Source: Eledone cirrhosa
Lineage: Eukaryota
Assembly: GCA_964016885.1 (NCBI GenBank)
Contig: OZ024741.1
Location: 233,306,001-233,370,000 of the forward strand
Direction of reading: 5' to 3'
DNA: 64,000 nucleotides
Below the pieces are notes generated by a model. That model had not been told where the DNA came from, made no database searches, and saw only the letters and a program-made list of their open reading frames with translations. Positions 53,201 through 64,000 of this stretch are shown in pieces. Position 1 is the stretch's first letter, and each line of letters starts with the position of its first letter. The position numbers and the translations under genes were made by a program.

Positions 53201-53966
53201 CTAGGCCTTGACTATCTTTCTCCCTTGCATTCTCCTCATTCATCAGTTTCTCATAATGACACGTCTATAATATTTTCTTTTCAGTGTCGGTGAGGGCAAG
53301 TGCACCATTATCATCTTAGACACATTTCTTCGCAAATCACAATTTTCTCTGAAAAACTGCCTTTCAATCCTCAACACCTCACAATGTGTGTGTGTGTATA
53401 TATATATATAATCTGTAGTTGCAGTTGTTTAGTCCCAAATCAGGTTCCTAACTGAGCAGATTTCTGATCAAAGGTGTCATAACTATGACTATCTGTTCTT
53501 TCTGTATATCTAGGAATACATTGTGCCTCTTTTTTAGGCTGATATTGTGGTCTGACTAAGATTTGGCTATTTTTGACAGGTCAGGTGACTGTGTCAGTCA
53601 TTGGCCACTTCGTATTTGTAGCAGATTGTGATTTTTTAGCATCAACCACTATTTGTCTACGTTCACTCACTCCATAAAATCTCATTTCTACATATATATA
53701 GAAAGAATAGACAAAGATTACCTTTTTTTTTTTTTTAAAAGTCCCTACTGCAGTTGCATCAACCGTTGTGCAACGTCATTGCACCAGAGAAGTGTAGCAA
53801 TGCTGTGAGGCTGTCGAATCTCCAGGAGACCCCTCATTAAGTGGACTGTATCCTGACCCGAACCATAAAAAAGTGAATATTTCTCCGGAGGGAAAAATCA
53901 TCATACATATATCTTTGTTTCTCTCTGAGCTAGCTCACTCTTTCTCTAAATCTTTCACATAAGCTT

Positions 53967-54025
<59 letters not shown>

Positions 54026-54027
<2 letters not shown>

Positions 54028-54848
54028 CATCGAGGAGGACGAACTGACCAGTCTGTTCGGGAGGACTTTCCGTCTAGGGCCTATGGATAACTTCCAGAGG
54101 TCTCTGGCCTGGCAGTACTACCGAGGAGATCTACCAGTTCGAGACAAAATCTACAGGCATGGACGCCCTGGCAGAGATCCTGCCAAAAGGACCTGTCCAA
54201 GATTTGAACAGGACATCGAAACCGTTCTGCACGCAATTGTTCAGTGCCCAGGGGTGACCGACCTGTGGAATTATGTCGAACAGCTGCTGTCACGTGTGGG
54301 ACACATCCAGTTGTCAGCCGAGTCCATCGTGAGGATCCCCCCGCCGCTTTCATTTAAGAAATAGGAGAGGCGGTTTTCCTGTGTCTGGTGGCTATGGCGA
54401 AAGAGGTAAAAAGGACTGAGGGCAAACACCTTTCTCGCTGGACAACAACTTATCCCCTTCTTTAAGTATCACTTCAGAAGGAAGGTGAGAGTGGAGAGAG
54501 AGGTGCTACACCCCAGTAAATTCGCTGAAAGGTGGGTGAATGTGGCGAAAATGGACCGAGTGGATGGGCCTTCTCTGTATATAAACCTGTAGGTTGAGGA
54601 AGATAAACAGAGGGAAGACAGGAGCACCTACAAAACGTGTTCCTGGTGTTGAGGGTTGTTCTATCCACGGGGTGTAAAACAACCCTGCAGTAACCTTCCC
54701 CCCCCCTATTGGGGATTTCAATTGTTATTTTATTATATATAGTTTATTGTTATTTATTAATGTTAAAGTTATTTTTATGTAAAACCCCTCGCCGTCACGT
54801 CTTGTAATGTCCCATTTCTGTACGCCCCTGTGGCAAATAAAGAAAGAT
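54026..54848 (+). pseudogene. L1/Tx1-clade LINE 3' fragment (zf-RVT region) with 3' UTR
   Basis: SLAWQYYRGDLPVRDKIYRHG...TCPR...ETVLHAIVQCP...LW; AATAAA at ~54836; begins right after (TC)n. Confidence 0.8.
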
Positions 54849-55149
54849 ATCTATCTCTACCTATCTATCCTCAATGCTAATTTATTAATACTGCAGAGAA
54901 CAGTCATTGCAAAATACATCTAGTACTAACTAACACACTAACACTATAGCTGCTATAGCCAAATGCCAATACCAATGTCTACAGCATATATACATGTGTG
55001 TGTGGTGTGTGAGTGTGTGAGTGTGTGCGCATGTGCACACAGACACTATAGTTAGTATCAACACAATAATATATACATCAGTCAATGCCAACCAATACTT
55101 ATAACAAGCACTTAAGCTAGTACTTGCAATCTGATAATTATTGCCAATG

Positions 55150-58100
55150 CAGACACTACAGACACCAATGATACTTTAGATAGAGCAGCAAATAACAACA
55201 CTACAGATACTTCAGCCAACACACTACAGCTAACAGATACTACAGCCACCACTACAGATACTGCAACCAACACGACAGATACTACAGCCACCACTACAGA
55301 TACTACAACCAACACGACAGATACTACAGCCAACACACTACAGCTAACAGATACTACAGCCACCACTACAGATACTACAACCAACACGACAGATACTACA
55401 GCTACCACTACAGATACTACAACCAACACGACAGATACTACAGCCAACCAGACAGATACTGCAACCAACACTACAGATACTACAGCCACCACTACAGATA
55501 CTACAGCCACCACTACAGATACTACAGCCAACACTACAGATACTACAGCCACCACTACAGATACTACAACCAACACTAGACATACTACAGCCAACACTAC
55601 AGATACTACAACCAACACCGCCACTATAGATACTACAACCAACACCAACACTACAGATACTACAGCCACCACTACAGATACTACAGCCAACACTACAGAT
55701 ACTACAGCCAACACTACAGATACTACAGCCAACACTAGATATACTACAGCCAACACTACAGATACTACAGCCAACACTACAGATACTGCAACCAACACTA
55801 CAGATACTACAACCACCACTACAGATACTACAACCACCACTACAGATACTACAGCCAACACTACAGATACTACAGCCACCACTACAGATACTACAGCCAC
55901 CACTACAGATACTACAGCCACCACTACAGATACTACAGCCACCACTACAGATACTACAGCCAACACTACAGATACTACAGCCAACACTACAGATACTACA
56001 GCCACCACTACAGATACTACAGCCAACACTACAGATACTACAGCCACCACTACAGATACTACAACCACCACTACAGATACTACAGCCAACACTACAGATA
56101 CTACAGCCAACACTACAGATACTACAGCCACCACTACAGATACTACAACCAACACGACAGATACTACAGCCAACACACTACAGCTAACAGATACTACAGC
56201 CACCACTACAGATACTGCAACCAACACGACAGATACTACAGCTACCACTACAGATACTACAACCAACACGACAGATACTACAGCCAACCCGACAGATACT
56301 GCAACCAACACTACAGATACTACAGCCACCACTACAGATACTACAACCAACACGACAGATACTACAGCCAACCCGACAGATACTGCAACCAACACTACAG
56401 ATACTACAGCCACCACTACAGATACTGCAACCAACACTACAGATACTACAGCCACCACTACAGATACTACAACCAACACTAGACATACTACAGCCAACAC
56501 TACAGATACTACAACCAACACCGCCACTATAGATACTACAACCAACACCAACACTACAGATACTACAGCCACCACTACAGATACTACAGCCAACACTACA
56601 GATACTACAGCCAACACTACAGATACTACAGCCAACACTACAGATACTACATCCAACACTACATATACTACAGCCAACACTACAGATACTACAGCCAACA
56701 CTACAGATACTACATCCAACACTACATATACTACAGCCAACACTACATATACTACAGCCAACACTACATATACTACAGCCAACACTACATATACTACAGC
56801 CAACACTACATATACTACAGCCAACACTACAGATACTACAGCCAACACTACAGATACTGCAACCAACACTACAGATACTACAACCACCACTACAGATACT
56901 ACAACCACCACTACAGATACTACAACCACCACTACAGATACTACAGCCAACACTACAGATACTACAGCCACCACTACAGATACTACAGCCACCACTACAG
57001 ATACTACAGCCACCACTACAGATACTACATCCAACACTACATATACTACAGCCAACACTACATATACTACAGCCACCACTACAGATACTACAGCCAACAC
57101 TACAGATACTACAGCCAACACTACAGATACTACATCCAACACTACAGATACTACAGCCAACACTACAGATACTACAGCCAACACTACAGATACTGCAACC
57201 AACACTACAGATACTACAGCCAACACTACAGATACTACAGCCAACACTAGATATACTACATCCAACACAGATATACTACATCCAACACTACAGATACTAC
57301 AGCCAACACTACAGATACTACAGCCAACACTAGATATACTACATCCAACACAGATATACTACATCCAACACTACAGATACTACATCCAACACTACATATA
57401 CTACATCCAACACTACAGATACTACAGCCAACACTACAGATACTACAGCCAACACTACAGATACTACAGCCAACACAGATATACTACAGCCAACACTAGA
57501 TATACTACAGCCAACACTACAGATACTACAGCCAACACAGATATACTACAGCCAACACTACAGATACTACATCCAACACTAGATATACTACAGCCAACAC
57601 TACAGATACTACAGCCAACACTACAGATACTACAGCCAACACTACAGATACTACAGCCAACACTACAGATACTACAGCCAACACTAGATATACTACAGCC
57701 AACACAGATATACTACATCCAACACTACAGATACTACAGCCAACACTACATATACTACATCCAACACTAGATATACTACAACCAACACTACAGATACTAC
57801 AGCCAACACTACAGATACTACAGCCAACACTAGATATACTACAGCCAACACAGATATACTACAGCCAACACTACAGATACTACAGCCAACACTAGATATA
57901 CTACATCCAACACAGATATACTACATCCAACACTACAGATACTACATCCAACACTACATATACTACATCCAACACTACAGATACTACAGCCAACACTACA
58001 GATACTACAGCCAACACTACAGATACTACAGCCAACACAGATATACTACAGCCAACACTAGATATACTACAGCCAACACTACAGATACTACAGCCAACAC

Positions 58101-61100
58101 AGATATACTACAGCCAACACTACAGATACTACATCCAACACTAGATATACTACAGCCAACACTACAGATACTACAGCCAACACTACAGATACTACAGCCA
58201 ACACTACAGATACTACAGCCAACACTACAGATACTACAGCCAACACTAGATATACTACAGCCAACACAGATATACTACATCCAACACTACAGATACTACA
58301 GCCAACACTACATATACTACATCCAACACTAGATATACTACAACCAACACTACAGATACTACAGCCAACACTACAGATACTACAGCCAACACTAGATATA
58401 CTACAGCCAACACAGATATACTACAGCCAACACTACAGATACTACAGCCAACACTAGATATACTACATCCAACACAGATATACTACATCCAACACTACAG
58501 ATACTACATCCAACACTACATATACTACATCCAACACTACAGATACTACAGCCAACACTACAGATACTACAGCCAACACTACAGATACTACAGCCAACAC
58601 AGATATACTACAGCCAACACTAGATATACTACAGCCAACACTACAGATACTACAGCCAACACAGATATACTACAGCCAACACTACAGATACTACATCCAA
58701 CACTAGATATACTACAGCCACCACTACAGATACTACAGCCAACACTACAGATACTACAGCCAACACTACAGATACTACAGCCAACACTAGATATACTACA
58801 GCCAACACAGATATACTACATCCAACACTACAGATACTACAGCCAACACTACATATACTACATCCAACACTAGATATACTACAACCAACACTACAGATAC
58901 TACAGCCAACACTACAGATACTACAGCCAACACTACAGATACTACAGCCAACACTAGATATACTACAGCCAACACTAGATATACTACAGCCAACACAGAT
59001 ATACTACAGCCAACACTACAGATACTACAGCCAACACTACAGATACTACAGCCAACACTACAGATACTACAGCCACCACTACAGATACTACAGCCAACAC
59101 TACAGATACTACAGCCACCACTACAGATACTACAGCCAACACTAGATATACTACAGCCAACACTACAGATACTACAGCCAACACCGCCACTATAGATACT
59201 ACAACCAACACCAACACTACAGATACTACAGCCACCACTACAGATACTACAGCCAACACTACAGATACTACAGCCAACACTACAGATACTACAGCCAACA
59301 CTAGATATACTACAGCCAACACTAGATATACTACAGCCAACACTACAGATACTACAACCAACACCGCCACTATAGATACTACAAACAACACCAACACTAC
59401 AGATACTACAGCCACCACTACAGATACTACAGCCAACACTACAGATACTACAGCCAACACTACAGATACTACAGCCAACACTAGATATACTACAGCCAAC
59501 ACTACAGATACTACAGCCAACACTACAGATACTACAGCCAACACTACAGATACTGCAACCAACACTACAGATACTACAACCACCACTACAGATACTACAA
59601 CCACCACTACAGATACTACAGCCAACACTACAGATACTACAGCCACCACTACAGATACTACAGCCACCACTACAGATACTACAGCCAACACTACATATAC
59701 TACAGCCAACACTACAGATATTACAGCCACCACTACAGATACTACAGCCACCACTACAGATACTACAGCCACCACTACAGATACTACAGCCACCACTACA
59801 GATACTACATCCAACACTACATATACTACAGCCAACACTACAGATACTACAGCCACCACTACAGATACTACAGCCAACACTACAGATACTACAGCCACCA
59901 CTACAGATACTACAGCCACCACTACAGATACTACAGCCACCACTACAGATACTACAGCCAACACTACAGATACTACAGCCACCACTACAGATACTACAGC
60001 CACCACTACAGATACTACAGCCACCACTACAGATACTACAGCCAACACTACAGATACTACAGCCACCACTACAGATACTACAGCCAACACTACAGATACT
60101 ACAGCCACCACTACAGACACTACAGCCACCACTACAGATACTGCAACCAACACTACAGATACTACATCCAACACTACAGATACTACAGCCAACACTACAG
60201 ATACTACAGCCAACACTAGATATACTACAGCCAACACTACAGATACTACAGCCAACACTACAGATACTGCAACCAACACTACAGATACTACAGCCAACAC
60301 TACAGATACTACAGCCAACACAGATATACTACATCCAACACTACAGATACTACAGCCAACACTACAGATACTACAGCCAACACTACAGATACTACATCCA
60401 ACACTACAGATACTACAGCCAACACAGATATACTACATCCAACACTACAGATACTACAGCCAACACAGATATACTACAGCCAACACTACAGATACTACAG
60501 CCAACACTACAGATACTACAGCCACCACTACAGATACTACAGCCAACACTACAGATACTACAACCAACACTACAGATACTGCAACCAACACTACAGATAC
60601 TACAGCCAACACTACAGATACTACAGCCAACACTACAGATACTACAGCCACCACTACAGATACTACAGCCAACACTACAGATACTACAACCAACACTACA
60701 GATACTACAGCCAACACTACAGATACTACAGCCAACACTACATATACTACAACCAACACTACAGATACTACAGCCAACACTACAGATACTACAGCCAACA
60801 CTACAGATACTACAGCCAACACTACAGATACTACAACCAACACTACAGATACTGCAACCAACACTACAGATACTACAGCCAACACTACATATACTACAGC
60901 CAACACTACAGATACTACAGCCAACACTACAGATACTACAACCAACACTAGATATACTACAGCCAACACTACAGATACTACAGCCAACACAGATATACTA
61001 CAGCCAACACAGATATACTACATCCAACACTACAGATACTACAGCCAACACAGATATACTACATCCAACACTACAGATACTACAGCCAACACAGATATAC

Positions 61101-61648
61101 TACAGCCAACACTACAGATACTACAGCTAACACTACAGATACTACAGCCACCACTACAGATACTACAGCCAACACTACATATACTACAGCCAACACTAGA
61201 TATACTACAGCCAACACAGATATACTACATCCAACACTACATATACTACAGCCAACACTACAGATACTACAACCAACACTACAGATACTACAACCAACAC
61301 TACAGATACTACAGCCACCACTACAGATACTACAGCCAACACTAGATATACTACAGCTAACACAGATATACTACATCCAACACTACAGATACTACAGCCG
61401 ACACTAGATATACTACAGCTAACACAGATATACTACATCCAACACTACAGATACTACAGCCAACACTACATATACTACATCCAACACTAGATATACTACA
61501 GCCAACACAGATATACTACATCCAACACTACATATACTACAGCCAACACTACAGATACTACATCCAACACTACAGATACTACAGCCAACACAGATATACT
61601 ACATCCAACACTACAGATACTACAGCCAACACCAGCACTACAGATACT
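55150..61648. repeat. 6.4-kb 21-bp minisatellite, about 300 units, with higher-order structure
   Basis: Consensus ACTACAGATACTACAGCCAAC; 20-bp and longer variants; 562-bp period at 57331/57893/58455. Confidence 0.97.
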
Positions 61649-61763
61649 ATTTTGTTGTGTTGTTTATATAAGACTCTTTGGTGGCACATTTCACTGAGTT
61701 ATATAAAGATTCTTTCTCTCTTTTCTCTCTCCATTCTCTGTCTCCCCCTTCTCTTTCTCTCTC

Positions 61764-61845
<82 letters not shown>

Positions 61846-63574
61846 TGTTAGGGTGCAACTGTAAATACGAGTGAGAGAAAGAAGTGATTTTAAATAGTTG
61901 ACATTAAGAAAATTCTAATTCTCTATGTAATTAACTTGTTGAAAAACTGGATGAACGTATGTAAACTGTGAATGTCTGAATGTGTATGAGTGTATATGTG
62001 TCTCCAACAAATCAACTTCTGCATGTATGTTTGTGTTTGTGAGAGAGAGAGAAACATACATACATAATAACACTTTACTGCAAAAAAGTGATTGTTTTGT
62101 TTAATCTCCTGTGTGGTGTTCTAGCATGGCCTTACCCATGATGGCTAAAAACAACTAAGGAACTGAATGACCACATATTACTGGTACACAATTTTATTTA
62201 CTAATTTGAAGCCATGTTTCTTTTCTTTCACAAATTTACATGTTTTATACATCTTATACCTAGTCATAGTATATTCACCAGAGCTGAGTGCTCAACATAG
62301 ACTGAAAGAGTTCCCTGATCTCTGCCCATCTGAGAATACAAACCTCACACCTTCATTTAGGTGCCTGCAGCTATCTCATACACTAGAAAACAACTGTGTC
62401 ACACTAATTCTGCCTGAGAATTACATTAAAAGTACATATGTCTATGGAATATTCAGCCACTTACATGCTAATTTAATGAGCAGGCCATTCCATTGATTGA
62501 ACAACTGGATACTCATTTGTTGAAGCTGACAGAGGATCTATCATCATCTTTCTTTCTCTACCTCTAGCTATTTAATTATGAAGGTTGGATTGTATCTTTT
62601 TGTTTGCCAAGCAGACTGAGGTTAGCACAGTGATGTATCTTGTCCATAGATACAACACAATGTTTCAAGCTCTTCATGTTGTCACTAGTTTACCTAATTA
62701 ACTTCACTGTTATTCAGCCCTGTTTTTTTTTTCTATCAGTTAGTTAGAAGGAAGGTCAGTGAGTTTTATCATTTTAAGGATTTATAACTGGTAAGAAGAT
62801 GAGAAGGTGCCCTCAAACTATACATGCATACACACATATATCTGACTTGTCTAGCCTCAGAACATGAGAATCTGTTTAATTCATGCAAGCATGTAAAATA
62901 GATGTAAAACAGTGATGATAATGCATATCTAAACTATAATAAAGTAAGGAGCGCGGGACTGCGTACGGTTTATAATTTTTTTATCCCATTAGTAAAATAA
63001 GTTGGACTACTTTGAATAAATAATGAATGAATATTACATAATTTATCTACTAAATTTCGTGGCTGTTGATTAAATATATTTTATTGTTTATTTTAAGATT
63101 CACTTCTTTAAAATTTTCAAATGTCAACACTTCCGGTTAGCAATCACTTAAATAAATATTCATATATTTCTATAACTAATTTTCTCCTAATGCAGTTTAT
63201 ATATAATATCGTCTTTTTTTAATGTATCATGGATTACGTTACTGGTTACATAAGAGAGTGTAACACAGTCTTCGTTCAATTTCTGTGTATATTGTCAATT
63301 ACGATTTTATTTGATCATATCTACATGCATATATACTTGCGTATAATATCAATATACACACTACACATGCTAGCAGAAAACCAACCAAGGGTGGTTTTTC
63401 TGCTGGTATAATATAATCATCATTATCATCATCACTGTTTAATGTCCATTTTTCCATGCTTGCATGGGTCAGCTGGGTCGCCGAGAAAGTGCCATGTAGA
63501 AAGATAGAACCCAAAGCCACATGATTGTGAAACAAACTTCTTAACCACATAACCATGCCGTTTTCCTTTTTCAT

Positions 63575-63780
63575 CTTTGCCCACTTATTCCTATGAGGGT
63601 TTTGGGGACAGTGTCCTCAGACACGCCTTCCAGAGGGTCCTATCAGAAGCTCCAATTGATTCAGCTGGATCACCAAGCAAGATCATCCAAGCTCAGCGAT
63701 CTTATCCAACCATCTTGTTCATGATTTACTTCTGGGTCTCCTACCAGTTGACTTTGCCCATAAAATCTGTCCAGTGATTT
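63575..63780 (-). mobile_element. 3' fragment of the RTE family at 39790-40000
   Basis: ccaattgattcagctggatcaccaagcaaga...cataaaatctgt matches ~39872-39990. Confidence 0.7.
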
Positions 63781-64000
63781 AAAGCACAGCCATGCCAGCT
63801 GGACAGATTTGCACTTTGTGTATTGTTAATGTTCAGCTGGCATGGCTGTGCTTTAAATCACTGGACAGATTTTATGGGCAAAGTCAACTGGTAGGATATA
63901 TGATTAATGTCTGTTCAGGTTTGTATAGGATGAACATTTGTCCACATCTGTATAGGATTAACATCTATTCAGATCTGTATGGAATTAACATCTGTCCAGA

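Noticed and set aside
53722-53910. Unique-looking segment after a poly-T tract as a possible exon
   Set aside because: Short frames only, no recognisable domain and no consistent splice pair.
55112-60990. Minus-strand Val-rich ORFs of 718, 445 and 178 aa
   Set aside because: By-products of the stop-poor 21-bp repeat.

Overview
AT-rich, repeat-saturated, essentially non-coding eukaryotic DNA. The SINE and RTE families resemble those I know from octopod cephalopods (inference, not tested). No host gene can be supported; one possible 42-nt micro-exon is noted. Most ORFs in the track are microsatellite or low-complexity artefacts. Real coding remnants come from transposons: about nine Penelope-like element (PLE) fragments (RT and/or GIY-YIG), several RTE-clade LINEs, one R4/Dong-like and one L1/Tx1-like fragment, and a decayed mariner. 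tRNA-headed SINEs, MITE/Helitron-like pieces and minisatellites are also present, including a 6.4-kb 21-bp array with a 562-bp higher-order repeat. The main hidden signal is RNA structure: about 20 intact, decayed or half copies of minimal type-I hammerhead ribozyme motifs (CUGANGA...GAAA, palindromic stem III). They lie at PLE 3' ends and in ORF-less units between (TA)n tracts. One has a ~100-nt branched stem II. Many snap-back (fold-back) junctions sit at the truncated ends of these units. All coordinates were read by eye and element boundaries are approximate.
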